A DNA stretch of 64,000 nt, taken from NCBI GenBank assembly GCA_035501655.1, contig DATJVU010000033.1, positions 298,770 through 362,769 on the forward strand. The letters run 5' to 3'. Shown in pieces: positions 34,989 through 45,088 of this stretch. Position 1 is the first letter of the stretch. Each line of letters starts with the position of its first letter. The position numbers and the translations under genes were made by a program. Under the pieces are notes generated by a model. That model was not told where the DNA came from and did not search any database. It worked only from the letters and a program-made list of their open reading frames with translations. Source of the stretch: Candidatus Solibacter sp. Lineage in GTDB: Bacteria; Acidobacteriota; Terriglobia; Terriglobales; Acidobacteriaceae.

Positions 34989-35705
34989 GTGGAGAATTAC
35001 TTCAACTATTTCACCGAGATTGAAGAGCGCTTTCTGCAGCGCCGCGGCGGCGGATTGCTGCTTTCTACGCTTGACTGGGCGCTGATCGAGACGTGGAAAG
35101 ATGCGGGCATCCCGCTTGAAGCTGTGCTGCGCGGCATTGACGTGGCTTTTGACAATTATGAGAGCCGGCCGATTAAGACGCGAAAGGTTAACAGCCTGGC
35201 TTACTGCTCGCAACTGGTGCTTTCTACTGCCGAAGAGATGAAGGAAGCGGCGGTCGGCGTCGCTGGCGAAAAAGAGGAGCACGCGAAACCCGACGCCCGG
35301 CAGGGTTTTGAGCCGGCGGTTGTTGTTGCGTTTTTACGATCGAATGCTGAGAAGTTGGAGGCTGCGGCGTTGTCGCAATCTGGGGCTAACTCTGCGCGGG
35401 CCATCGCTGCTGAATCGGCTCACACTTTGCGGCAGCTTGGTGAGCAGGTGGAGAAGAATCCTGGGCAGCGGCTTGAGGACTTGGAACGCCGCCTTACTGT
35501 GCTGGAAGAGAAACTTCTTGCTGCGCTACTCGCATCAACTCCGGACGACGAGATCGTCACCGTGCGCGCTGAGGCTGACCGGGACCTCCGCCCTTATCGC
35601 GGAAAAATGTCCGGTGCGCAAATCGATCAGCTTATGAAGCAGTACATCCACAAGCGGCTGTTGGAGAGATATCGTCTGCCTCGGTTGAGCCTGTTCTACA
35701 TGTAG
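34989..35705 (+). CDS. hypothetical protein
   Basis: 238 aa, GTG start 7 nt after coaX. Composition looks coding-like. No family recognised. Confidence 0.5.
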   Translation: MENYFNYFTEIEERFLQRRGGGLLLSTLDWALIETWKDAGIPLEAVLRGIDVAFDNYESRPIKTRKVNSLAYCSQLVLSTAEEMKEAAVGVAGEKEEHAKPDARQGFEPAVVVAFLRSNAEKLEAAALSQSGANSARAIAAESAHTLRQLGEQVEKNPGQRLEDLERRLTVLEEKLLAALLASTPDDEIVTVRAEADRDLRPYRGKMSGAQIDQLMKQYIHKRLLERYRLPRLSLFYM

Positions 35706-35772
35706 GAAAGCTCGTATTTGATCAGCGTGACACGACTGGCGCGAGCTTTTGCGCTGATTTACTCTTCTCGAC

Positions 35773-36939
35773 GTGACGCAGCACTTCGACGTAATCATCC
35801 TCGGGGGAGGCGCAGCGGGGTTGATGTGCGCCATCGAAGCCGGAAAGCGCGGACGCCGTGTTGCGGTGCTCGAGCGCGCCGATCACCTCGGGAAGAAGAT
35901 TTTGATTTCTGGCGGTGGGCGTTGCAACTTCACGAATCTCCACTGCGAGCCTGAGAATTTTCTGTCGGCGAATCCGCACTTTGCCAAATCGGCTCTCTCG
36001 CGTTACACGCCGGCCGACTTCATTGCGCTTGTCGAAAAACACCGCATTGCATACCACGAGAAGACGCTGGGACAGCTGTTCTGCGACGGCTCGGCGCGTG
36101 AGATTGTCAACATGCTCGAAGAAGAGTGCCGTGCGGCTCGCGTTGCCGTTTGTCTTAGCACAAACATTAAAGAGGTCCGCCGCGCGGACGAGTTCGTTGT
36201 GAAAGCAATGAACGACGAGTTTCGTGCGCCGGCATTGGTTGTTGCGACTGGCGGCCTTTCTATCCCCAAGATCGGCGCTACTTCGTTTGGATACGATCTG
36301 GCGCGGCAGTTCGGCATCAGGATTCGTGAGCCTTGGCCAGGACTAGTGCCGCTGGTGTTCGATTCGCGGGATCGAGCCGGTTACTGCGATCTCAGCGGCG
36401 TATCAGCAGAGGTGATTGCTTCCTGCGATGGACAGCAGTTTCGCGAGAAGATGTTGTTTACGCACCGGGGACTCAGTGGCCCTTCGATCTTGCAGATTTC
36501 GTCGTATTGGAAGAAGCCACAGCACATTCAGATCGATCTTGCGCCTGGTTTCGACGTGACCGGGGCTTTTCGCGATGCGAAGACGGCTCGAACTCTTGCA
36601 ACGCTCCGTGCTCAGCTTCGGAAGGTCCTTCCCGCACGGCTGGCCGACCGCTGGCTCGAGCTGCACGCGCCTGCGTCGTGGACGAACGCTGCGCTTGCGA
36701 CCTTCGAGCGTGAGCTGCATTCCTGGTCGATCGCGCCGGGTGCGACGGAGGGTTACGAGAAGGCGGAAGTTACTGCGGGCGGCGTTGATACCGACGAACT
36801 ATCGGCCAAGACTATGGAGTGCCGAAACGTTTCTGGTTTGTACTTCATCGGGGAAGTTGTTGACGTGACCGGCCAGCTCGGTGGATTCAACTTCCAGTGG
36901 GCTTGGGCGTCGGGAGCTGCGGCGGGGAGCGCGGTTTGA
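35773..36939 (+). CDS. NAD(P)/FAD-dependent oxidoreductase, HI0933/YhiN (BaiN-like) family
   Basis: DVIILGGGAAGLMCA..GRRVAVLE...KILISGGGRCNFTN. Confidence 0.85.
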   Translation: MTQHFDVIILGGGAAGLMCAIEAGKRGRRVAVLERADHLGKKILISGGGRCNFTNLHCEPENFLSANPHFAKSALSRYTPADFIALVEKHRIAYHEKTLGQLFCDGSAREIVNMLEEECRAARVAVCLSTNIKEVRRADEFVVKAMNDEFRAPALVVATGGLSIPKIGATSFGYDLARQFGIRIREPWPGLVPLVFDSRDRAGYCDLSGVSAEVIASCDGQQFREKMLFTHRGLSGPSILQISSYWKKPQHIQIDLAPGFDVTGAFRDAKTARTLATLRAQLRKVLPARLADRWLELHAPASWTNAALATFERELHSWSIAPGATEGYEKAEVTAGGVDTDELSAKTMECRNVSGLYFIGEVVDVTGQLGGFNFQWAWASGAAAGSAV

Positions 36940-36957
36940 GATGTAGTCTGGACTCAC

Positions 36958-37332
36958 ATGAATCTGCGCCCTTCGAAGCTGCTTTTTTTGTCTGCGATTC
37001 TAGCGACTGCGTTTTCTTTAGCTAACGCCGGAGTTGAGGTTGTTGAATTAGCGAAGATACAGGTCGTGAGGACGTTCGCTGGCACTCTACTGGATCCGAA
37101 CGGTGACCCGATCCGCGGCGCGACTGTCGATGAAGTGACATCCGACATGAAAACGGTGATCCAGACCGTTCAGACTGACGAGTCTGGCCGGTTCAAGTTT
37201 TTGACATGGACAAACGTGAGAACCCATCATTTGTTGATTTCTCACTCGGGATTCAATCCATTGTTCGTGCATGTCAGGGTCAGCAGATGGTCCAGGAAAT
37301 ATCTGCATCTCGAACTTCATTTGGCCACGTAA
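36958..37332 (+). CDS. small secreted carboxypeptidase-regulatory-like domain protein
   Basis: 124 aa, signal peptide. GTLLDPNGDPIRGATV...TDESGRFKF is typical of the CarboxypepD_reg fold. Confidence 0.6.
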   Translation: MNLRPSKLLFLSAILATAFSLANAGVEVVELAKIQVVRTFAGTLLDPNGDPIRGATVDEVTSDMKTVIQTVQTDESGRFKFLTWTNVRTHHLLISHSGFNPLFVHVRVSRWSRKYLHLELHLAT

Positions 37333-37356
37333 AAGATCTACGGTCGAAAGGGCTCC

Positions 37357-38700
37357 TTGCTCCTTACCATTGAAAAGCAAATTTATGGCGGCGAAGGGCT
37401 GGCTCGCCTGCCTGCTGATGACAAAGGGCGCGGCAAGGCTGTGTTTGTTCCGTTCGTACTAGCCGGGGAGAAGGTCGAGTGTTCTCTGGTTGAGCAGAAG
37501 CCGGGGTTTGCGCGGGCTCAGCTTGAGTCGATTGTGGAAGCGTCGCCTTTGCGTGTCGAGCCTGGCTGCCCTTATTTTGCACGTTGTGGTGGATGCGACT
37601 ATCAGCACGCTTCGTACCAGCATCAGCTTGAAATCAAGAAACAGATTCTGTTTGAAACTCTGCGCCGGACGGCGAAGCTCGAGCTGCAGAACGACATTCA
37701 GGTTCACGCTTCGCCGCCGTGGAACTACCGCAACCGCTCGCGCTTGCAGGTTCGAACCACGCCGGAGTTTGCTATCGGTTATTTCCAGCGCGCCTCGCAT
37801 CAGTTGCTGCCGGTGGAGAACTGCCCCATCAGCTCGCCTCTGATCAATCGCGGCATCGACTGCGTTTGGCAGAGTGGGCGGCGGGGCGAAGTGCCACTGG
37901 GCGGGAAGGAAGTCGAATTTTTCGCTGACGCCGACGATTCCAAACTGCTGATCGAAATTTACTGCGCCGCCGAATCTCGGCGTGCTTCGGTGCGTGCGTG
38001 GGCGGAACAACTTTTGGCTAGCATGCCGGAGATTGCGGGCGTGGTGGCTTTCAGGGCGAAGCAGGCTGCCGGTTCGCGCTCTGCGACTCAAGAGACAGAA
38101 AAGCTCGTCTCTGTTGGCGCCGATCACCTTATTTATCGGACGCAGAGGCATGCCTACCGCGTCAGCGCGGGATCGTTCTTCCAGACCAACCGCTTTCTTA
38201 TCGACAAATTGATTGAAATTGTCACTCACGGCGAGTCCGGAGATTTGGCTTTGGACCTTTACGCCGGAGTGGGGCTGTTTTCCACAGCTCTTTGTGACAT
38301 ACGTCACATCGTTTCTGTTGAGTCGTCACAGACATCCACAGGCGACCTTACCTACAATTTGCCACCGAATGGAAAAGCGGTACGGGCCGCGACTGAGGAG
38401 TTTTTGGCCAGTGCGGAAACTTCGGGGCGGGTTGGGAAGGGGTTAGCCTCTCACCTCACCACTTCTCACCCTGACCTTGCGGTGGTCGATCCGCCTCGAA
38501 ACGGCCTGGGCGATCGCGTGGCGCGAAGGTTGGCAAATCTGGGCGCGCCACGCGTGACCTACGTTTCCTGTGATCCCGCAACGCTGGCGCGCGACCTAGT
38601 TCCGCTGCTGGCGTCCGGGTATCGCGTGGATCAGGTACACCTGGTCGATTTGTTTCCGCAGACGTACCACCTGGAAACTGTCGTCCGATTGGCGCGATAG
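37357..38700 (+). CDS. 23S rRNA (uracil-5)-methyltransferase RlmD/RumA-like (TRAM + 4Fe-4S + SAM MTase)
   Basis: 447 aa. CPYFARCGGCDYQH cluster, DLYAGVGLFS SAM motif and VVDPPRNG. TTG start. Confidence 0.85.
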   Translation: MLLTIEKQIYGGEGLARLPADDKGRGKAVFVPFVLAGEKVECSLVEQKPGFARAQLESIVEASPLRVEPGCPYFARCGGCDYQHASYQHQLEIKKQILFETLRRTAKLELQNDIQVHASPPWNYRNRSRLQVRTTPEFAIGYFQRASHQLLPVENCPISSPLINRGIDCVWQSGRRGEVPLGGKEVEFFADADDSKLLIEIYCAAESRRASVRAWAEQLLASMPEIAGVVAFRAKQAAGSRSATQETEKLVSVGADHLIYRTQRHAYRVSAGSFFQTNRFLIDKLIEIVTHGESGDLALDLYAGVGLFSTALCDIRHIVSVESSQTSTGDLTYNLPPNGKAVRAATEEFLASAETSGRVGKGLASHLTTSHPDLAVVDPPRNGLGDRVARRLANLGAPRVTYVSCDPATLARDLVPLLASGYRVDQVHLVDLFPQTYHLETVVRLAR

Positions 38701-38764
38701 GCGCGAGCGAGGGCGAAGCAGTCTTCAAAATAGTCCCGTTACCCAGTTCCAAGAGAAAATCTGC

Positions 38765-41410
38765 TTGCCAATTTCCCCCTCGAGCAGTGCCACTACAAGT
38801 CCTCCCGCGCCCTACTTTCCTGCATTCCGCCTGAAGTCACCGCGCCAGCCCATGCTGTGGGCGGCCGCGGCATACTCTGCGGGGATCGTCGCCGGAACCT
38901 ACCTCTGGCGGCCGACCCTGTGGTGGGTCCTTGCCGGATTCTTTCTGAGCTTTGCAGCGATTTATTTCCTCAGGCGCCGCGCACTCTTCGGTTGGGCTCT
39001 CATTCTCTGCGCTTTGTTTCTCGCCGGTGCATTCCACATTCAAGCGCGTAACGCGATGCCCCTCGAAACTGGCATTCTCCCTTATGCGGACGGAGAGACC
39101 ATCCAAGTCTCGGGCCATGTGGTCCGCGATGGGCGCCTGCAAGATGCCGGATTCGGCGAAAGCGCCCAAACGCTCGACATCGAAACCGAAAGTCTCACGC
39201 GCAAGCCCGCCACCGAGATTCCCGTTCAATCCGGCATCCGGTTCAGGATTTACGGCCCACGCTCCAGTTCCTCCGCGCCGAATCAAAGCTCTGATACGGC
39301 CTCCCGTTTCCGCTACGGCGACCGCCTGCGCCTTTCGGCCCGCATCAAGCTGCCGCGAAACTTCCGCAATCCCGGCGCCTTCGACTATCGCGCCTACCTC
39401 GCCGACCGCGGTATAGCCGCTCTTGGCACCGCGAAAATGGAAGATGTCGAACGGCTGCCCGGCTTCGCCGGCAGCCGAATCGGTCTCATCCGCAGCCGCA
39501 TGCATCAGAGCGTCGTGGCGCAAGTACATCGTTTGTGGCCTGTCCGCGAGGCCGTTTTGATCGACGCCATGCTGATCGGCGAAGAGGCGTTCCTTGACCG
39601 CGACACCCGGGCCGACTTCCAGCGCTCGGGCACCTACCACGTTCTCGTGGTCTCTGGGATGAACGTCACCATCCTGGCTTTCGTCGTCTTCTGGACGCTC
39701 CGCCGCCTGCGTGTCTCCGACTTTCCGGCGACACTTACGACGATCGCCAGCTGCGTGGCTTATGCTTTCATCACCGAGGTTGGCGCTCCCGTCTGGCGCG
39801 CGACTCTGATGTGCGCCGTTTATCTTGGCGCTCGGCTGCTGTATCGGGAACGCGCCATGGTGAACGCTTTGGGTGCAGCGGCTCTGGTGTTGCTGGTCTT
39901 TGATCCGCGACAGCTTTTTACCGCCAGCTTTCAGATGACATTTGTGTGCGTGCTGATTGTTTCGGCGATCGGGGTTCCCATCCTGCAGCGTACTTCGCAA
40001 CAGCACAAACGGGCTCTGGCCAATTGGGAGTCGCCGGATTTCGCGGCGCACCTGCTTCCCCGCGTGGCCCAGTTTCGTGTTGACCTGCAAATGATCGCTA
40101 CACGCCTTGCGCCGCTGGTGACCGAAGTATGGGCTCGGCGCATCGTCCGGAGCACAGCACGATTCGCACTCGACGCGTGGGAACTAGTCTTCATCTCCGC
40201 CGTCATGCAGATGGGCCTCGCCTTGCCGATGGCCTACTATTTCCACCGCGCGACCACCATCGGACTGCCCGCCAATCTCGTAGTCGTTCCCCTGACCCAA
40301 TTGATGATGCCCGCCGCCATCGCTGCTCTTGTGCTGGGATCTTTCTCGTTGTGGCTGGCGAAAATTCCGGTTCTTCTAACTACCGTGGCCATCGATTCCA
40401 TCTCCGGCAGCGTGCGGGGGATGGGAGCGCTGCGCATCGCCGAACTGCGCGTTCCCATGCCGTCGGTCGTCATGATCGCGCTGGCCTCCGCAATTCTTGT
40501 ATTCGCTATGTGGTCGGCGCGGCGACGCGCGATTCTGGCTCTTGCGGGACTTGCTGGCATTTTCTGCGTTTCGCTCGTGCTCGCCTTCTTCACTCCATCC
40601 CTGCGCGCTCGTCCCGGAGTCCTCGAAGCCACGTCCATCGATGTCGGCGAGGGTGACTCCATGCTAGTCATCACGCCCCAGGGACGCACTCTGCTGATCG
40701 ACTCCGGAGGACCGATCGGACCGGGCGGCTCGCAACTCGATTTTGGGGAAGATGTCGTCTCGCCCTATCTCTGGAGCCGCGGCATCTCTCGCCTTGATGC
40801 GGTCGCGATCACGCACGCACACTCCGATCACATCGGCGGCATGCTTGCCGTGCTGAGAAATTTCAGGCCGCGAGAATTATGGGTTGGAATTGAGCCCCCT
40901 AGCGCCAGCCTGGAGAAGATCATCGCTACCGCCGGAGAGTTAGGAGTGCGCGTGGTGCATCATTGGGAGGGTGATGATTTTAGTTTCGGTGGGGCGGAAG
41001 TGTCGGTGCTGTTTCCGCCGCGCGATTGGCCCGCTGGTCCGAAGCCGCAGAACAACGATTCGATGGTGTTGCGCGTGGCCTACCAACAGTCTTCGGCATT
41101 GCTCGAAGGCGACGCCGAAAAGCAGGTCGAGCGACGCATCGCCGCACTGCACCATCCTGCGGCAAGCTTGCTCAAGGTTGGACATCACGGCAGCGCCAAT
41201 GCAACCACGCCCGAGCTGGTCGACTCGGCCAGGCCGCAATTCGCCGTCATTTCAGTTGGATCGGGGAACACCTTCGGGCTCCCGCGGCGGGAAACGTTGG
41301 CTCGCCTCGCCGATGCTGGCGCTCGCGTTTACCGCACCGACCTTTACGGCGCGGTAACCTTCTACCTCGACGGACACACGGTCACGCCTTCGGTGGCGGC
41401 TCTCCAATAG
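38765..41410 (+). CDS. comEC: DNA internalization-related competence protein ComEC/Rec2
   Basis: 881 aa. Multi-TM competence domain plus a C-terminal metallo-beta-lactamase domain (ITHAHSDHIGG). Start ambiguous (38765 or ATG 38852). Confidence 0.9.
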   Translation: MPISPSSSATTSPPAPYFPAFRLKSPRQPMLWAAAAYSAGIVAGTYLWRPTLWWVLAGFFLSFAAIYFLRRRALFGWALILCALFLAGAFHIQARNAMPLETGILPYADGETIQVSGHVVRDGRLQDAGFGESAQTLDIETESLTRKPATEIPVQSGIRFRIYGPRSSSSAPNQSSDTASRFRYGDRLRLSARIKLPRNFRNPGAFDYRAYLADRGIAALGTAKMEDVERLPGFAGSRIGLIRSRMHQSVVAQVHRLWPVREAVLIDAMLIGEEAFLDRDTRADFQRSGTYHVLVVSGMNVTILAFVVFWTLRRLRVSDFPATLTTIASCVAYAFITEVGAPVWRATLMCAVYLGARLLYRERAMVNALGAAALVLLVFDPRQLFTASFQMTFVCVLIVSAIGVPILQRTSQQHKRALANWESPDFAAHLLPRVAQFRVDLQMIATRLAPLVTEVWARRIVRSTARFALDAWELVFISAVMQMGLALPMAYYFHRATTIGLPANLVVVPLTQLMMPAAIAALVLGSFSLWLAKIPVLLTTVAIDSISGSVRGMGALRIAELRVPMPSVVMIALASAILVFAMWSARRRAILALAGLAGIFCVSLVLAFFTPSLRARPGVLEATSIDVGEGDSMLVITPQGRTLLIDSGGPIGPGGSQLDFGEDVVSPYLWSRGISRLDAVAITHAHSDHIGGMLAVLRNFRPRELWVGIEPPSASLEKIIATAGELGVRVVHHWEGDDFSFGGAEVSVLFPPRDWPAGPKPQNNDSMVLRVAYQQSSALLEGDAEKQVERRIAALHHPAASLLKVGHHGSANATTPELVDSARPQFAVISVGSGNTFGLPRRETLARLADAGARVYRTDLYGAVTFYLDGHTVTPSVAALQ

Positions 41411-41705
41411 TGGGAAATTCCGCCGTCACGTCCTCATCTTCCCGCAGTGGCTGGCGCTCCGCGATGATCTGGCGCGCCGAGGCGGCATCTTCCTCACGCA
41501 CCAGGATGAGCATGCCGCCCAGCCCCGGAAACGTATCCTGCACCATCGATGCCGCGGTGAGGTCGCTGTCAACGCCCGCAGAATCCAGCAGGCCTTTGAC
41601 CACGATTGCCTCCGATTCGTCCTCCGAATCGAACACCTTCACCAGCTTTTCGTTGGGATCGGGCTGCGGCCGCTCTTCCGCAGCGGAACTCTCGGGGTTT
41701 GGCAT
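41382..41705 (-). CDS. DUF2007-like small protein
   Basis: 107 aa. LVKVFDSEDESEAIVVKGLLDSAGV pattern. Overlaps the comEC 3' end by 29 nt. Confidence 0.5.
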   Translation of the reverse strand: MPNPESSAAEERPQPDPNEKLVKVFDSEDESEAIVVKGLLDSAGVDSDLTAASMVQDTFPGLGGMLILVREEDAASARQIIAERQPLREDEDVTAEFPTIGEPPPKA

Positions 41706-41947
41706 AGGAACCTCAATTTTAGGATTGGCTCACCGCGTGAGCCATCCGTAAAGCACTGTAATTCTACGCCTCTCCGGAGAGCCACATTTGGGGCAGTTAC
41801 CAGAAGTGAGGCTGGCACGAAACCCGCCCCCACCTTCGTGCAATTGCAATCTTCCCCGCCTGCGTCACAATGCCCAAACGCCGCAACGCGCGGGCCGGTT
41901 GGGTCATCCAACGTTGTGGGTAAAGGGCCGCACCAAAGGGGTAGCGA

Positions 41948-42238
41948 ATGAACATTCAGCAGGCACGTCCGGGAGACAGTTTTCCGTTAGGAGAGGATCA
42001 ATCCCGCAGTGAGCGCGAAGAAGAAGCGCGCAAAATCCGCCGCCTGCAACTCATGATCAGCATGGTCATGTCGGTGATCGGCCAGGATCCCAGCCTTACG
42101 CTTGAAGAAGCCTCAGAACTCGCCGCGGGAGCCAAGAAGGCTGCGCTCGCCATGTTCCCCGACAAGGAACTCGCCTTCGACATCCTCTACAAGCCGCGCC
42201 TGCAGCGGCTGATGCGGGAGCGCTTCAGGCTGCAATAA
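41948..42238 (+). CDS. hypothetical small protein
   Basis: 96 aa ORF in an otherwise empty interval. No family recognised. Confidence 0.4.
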   Translation: MNIQQARPGDSFPLGEDQSRSEREEEARKIRRLQLMISMVMSVIGQDPSLTLEEASELAAGAKKAALAMFPDKELAFDILYKPRLQRLMRERFRLQ

Positions 42239-42281
42239 AAGACCGTGCTCCCTTCCCGGACGAATGGCGCCCGGGGCTCCA

Positions 42282-43094
42282 CTACTCATCCACTACCGGG
42301 TTCTTTAGCGTCCCGACTCCTTCGACGCTGACTTCCATCACATCTCCCGCCACGACGGGGCCCACGCCCGCCGGCGTGCCGCTCGGAATCAGATCCCCGG
42401 GGTACAGAGTCATGGCCTGCGCAATGTGCCGGATCACACGGTCGAGATTAAAGATAAAATCCCGCGTATTGCCGGCCTGCTTAACCGCGCCGTTCACGCG
42501 CGTTTCCACTCCGACGCCTGACCCAGCGCCGAAACATGGATCAATCTCATCGGTGACGACTGGCCCCACTGGGCAGAAGGTGTCGAAGCCCTTCGCACGA
42601 GACCACTGGCCGTCTTTGTTTTGCAGATCGCGCGCCGTGACATCATTCACGCAGGTATAGCCGAGAATGAATTGCTTGATGTCGGCGTCCGCCAGAGGCT
42701 GGTAGCAAGTCTTGCCAATGACCACGCCCAGCTCTCCCTCGTAGTCCACACGCGCGGAAATCTTCGGCCGCCGCACGGTTGCACCCGGCGACAACAACGC
42801 GGAAGTCGCCTTCAAAAAGATTAACGGCTCGACCGGGACCTCGTGGCCTAGCTCCGCCGCGTGCTCGCGGTAGTTGCGCCCCACGCACACGATCTTCGAC
42901 GGACGCACCGGAGGAAGCAGTACCGCTTCCTCCAGCGGGATCGACTCGATGCGCCGCGTGCGCAGGCTCTCCATGTCGCCGTTCGCCTCTTCGGGCGCGG
43001 TCAGCAAAATCCGCACGATCGCGTCCCGCCCGGCAACGGACTCCACGAGCCCATACTGGGGCTGGCCATTGAATTGAAAGCGGCAGTATTTCAT
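42282..43094 (-). CDS. fumarylacetoacetate hydrolase (FAH) family protein
   Basis: 270 aa. [24 protein letters not shown] and [13 protein letters not shown]. Confidence 0.9.
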   Translation of the reverse strand: MKYCRFQFNGQPQYGLVESVAGRDAIVRILLTAPEEANGDMESLRTRRIESIPLEEAVLLPPVRPSKIVCVGRNYREHAAELGHEVPVEPLIFLKATSALLSPGATVRRPKISARVDYEGELGVVIGKTCYQPLADADIKQFILGYTCVNDVTARDLQNKDGQWSRAKGFDTFCPVGPVVTDEIDPCFGAGSGVGVETRVNGAVKQAGNTRDFIFNLDRVIRHIAQAMTLYPGDLIPSGTPAGVGPVVAGDVMEVSVEGVGTLKNPVVDE

Positions 43095-43255
43095 CGCTTT
43101 CTATCTAAACATATCCTTTAAAAACGGAGGGCACAGCCGTCCAAAATATTTTTAGTCGAGTTGTCGATATAAAGTTTGTCATTCGACTATCCGGTGAAAG
43201 GCCAATCCAAGAACCGGAGGTTGGCCGAAAACGAGCCAAAGGAGATCGAAACGCC

Positions 43256-43603
43256 ATGCAATATCTTCTGCTCATCTACGGACAGGAGTCCGACTGGGAC
43301 GGCAAGACCGAAGGGGATCGCAACGCCATCCTCAGCGAGTACATGGATTTCACCAAGAGCATCACGCAGAGTGGCCACTACAAGGGTGGCAACGAACTAA
43401 ACGTCACCTCCACGGCCACGACCGTACGCGTGCGCGACAAAAAGCGCCTGGTCACCGATGGCCCTTTCGCGGAAACAAAGGAGCAACTTGGCGGCTACTA
43501 CCTCATCGACGCCAAAGACCTGGACGACGCAATCTCCGTGGCCGCGCGTATTCCGTCGGCTCGCTGGGGATCGATCGAAGTGCGCCCCATCATTCCCCAC
43601 TAG
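43256..43603 (+). CDS. YciI-family protein
   Basis: 115 aa. MQYLLLIY..., DGPFAETKEQLGGYYLIDA. AAGGAG RBS. Confidence 0.85.
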   Translation: MQYLLLIYGQESDWDGKTEGDRNAILSEYMDFTKSITQSGHYKGGNELNVTSTATTVRVRDKKRLVTDGPFAETKEQLGGYYLIDAKDLDDAISVAARIPSARWGSIEVRPIIPH

Positions 43604-43740
43604 AGGCTTTGAGCTGGGCGGGCGTAGCAGGTAAGTTCCTGGATGAGAAGTCACCCGATAGATCCGCGCAGACGCGCACACGCTAGCGTTTGCCCGGTTC
43701 CTCCGGCTACTCTTGATTCCTGCCGGGCGAACGGGGCGAA

Positions 43741-45018
43741 ATGGATATTGAGCGCATTTTTCGTGAAGAATCGGGGCGGATTCTCGCCACACTCATCGGC
43801 TTGCTGGGCGACTTCGATCTGGCGGAAGAACTGATGCAGGAAGCCTTCACGGTGGCGCTGGAGCAGTGGCCCGCGCATGGCGTCCCGGGCAATCCGCGAG
43901 CCTGGCTGATTTCGACCGCGCATCACAAAGGCATCGACCTGCTGCGCCGGCGCGCCAATTTCGAATCGAAGCGCGATGAACTCAAGAAGATCGCAGACCT
44001 GGAACAGCAACTTGCCGACACGCACATGCGCGGTCACCGAATGAACCCCAACGAAGCGGATGATCAAGGATTTGGCGAAGTGTTCAAAGACGACCGGCTG
44101 CGTCTGATCTTCACCTGCTGTCACCCCGCGCTCGCCCTCGAAGCACAAGTCGCACTCACGCTAAGAACGCTTTGCGGCCTCACAACCGACGAAATAGCCC
44201 GCGGCTTTCTGGTTGCCGCTCCCACCATGGCGCAGCGCCTGCTTCGCGCGAAGCAGAAAATCCGCGACGCGGGCATTTCATATCAGGTTCCAGCCGCGCA
44301 AGATTTGGCCGAGCGGATTGACGCCGTTTTGCTCGTGGTCTATCTGGTCTTCAATGAAGGTTACAGCGCAAGTTCGGGTGACGCCGCCATTCGCCAGGAG
44401 CTCTGCTGCGAAGCCATTCGATTGGGTCGAATCTTGTGCCAGTTGCTGCCGGCGCAGCGGGAAGTTCGCGCGCTGCTCGCGCTGATGCTCCTGCACGATT
44501 CCCGTCGCGCCGCGCGCATCGGAGAAAACGGAGAGCAGATTCTTCTGGAAGAACAAAGCCGAGATCGTTGGAATCAGGACCAGATTCGCGAGGGGCTCGC
44601 ATTGGTCGACTCCGCTTTGAGAAATGGTCCGCCCGGTCCCTATGCGCTTCAAGCCGCGATCGCCGCCGTTCACGCCCGCGCGCAAACAGCCGACGAAACC
44701 GACTGGCGCCAGATTGCCGGACTTTACGAACTACTGTTGCGCGTGCAGCCGTCGCCGGTTGTCCAACTTAATCACGCGGCCGCAGTCGCCATGGCCGAGG
44801 GCCCCGACGCCGGATTGCGCCTGCTCGACGATCTCGAGTCCAATTCCGAGTTGCGCACTTATTACATGTTCCCCGCTTCTCGCGCGGATCTTCTGCGCCG
44901 CCTCGAGCGCTGGCCCGCAGCCGCCAACTATTACCGCCGCGCGCTGGATCTCGCGAACAATGAATCTGCCCGCGCATTCCTTACCCGGCGTTTGTGTGAG
45001 ATGGAATCGAAGATCTAA
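43741..45018 (+). CDS. ECF-type RNA polymerase sigma factor with long C-terminal helical extension
   Basis: 425 aa. Region 2 (NPRAWLISTAHHKGIDLLRRR) and region 4 (LCGLTTDEIARGFLVAAPTMAQRLLRAKQKI). Confidence 0.85.
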   Translation: MDIERIFREESGRILATLIGLLGDFDLAEELMQEAFTVALEQWPAHGVPGNPRAWLISTAHHKGIDLLRRRANFESKRDELKKIADLEQQLADTHMRGHRMNPNEADDQGFGEVFKDDRLRLIFTCCHPALALEAQVALTLRTLCGLTTDEIARGFLVAAPTMAQRLLRAKQKIRDAGISYQVPAAQDLAERIDAVLLVVYLVFNEGYSASSGDAAIRQELCCEAIRLGRILCQLLPAQREVRALLALMLLHDSRRAARIGENGEQILLEEQSRDRWNQDQIREGLALVDSALRNGPPGPYALQAAIAAVHARAQTADETDWRQIAGLYELLLRVQPSPVVQLNHAAAVAMAEGPDAGLRLLDDLESNSELRTYYMFPASRADLLRRLERWPAAANYYRRALDLANNESARAFLTRRLCEMESKI

Positions 45019-45088
45019 GACCGGTCATTTTGCTTGAGTCCCCGTTGCCGATACCGCGCGGAGAGCGGCGCTTAAACGCCGCGTGGAT

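Noticed and set aside
41813-41828. Sigma54-type promoter TGGCACGAAACCCGCC upstream of the small ORF 41948..42238.
   Set aside because: The -24 element is perfect, but the -12 element reads CCGC instead of TTGC. No enhancer-binding protein gene is nearby and the downstream ORF is itself doubtful. A single weak match is not enough.
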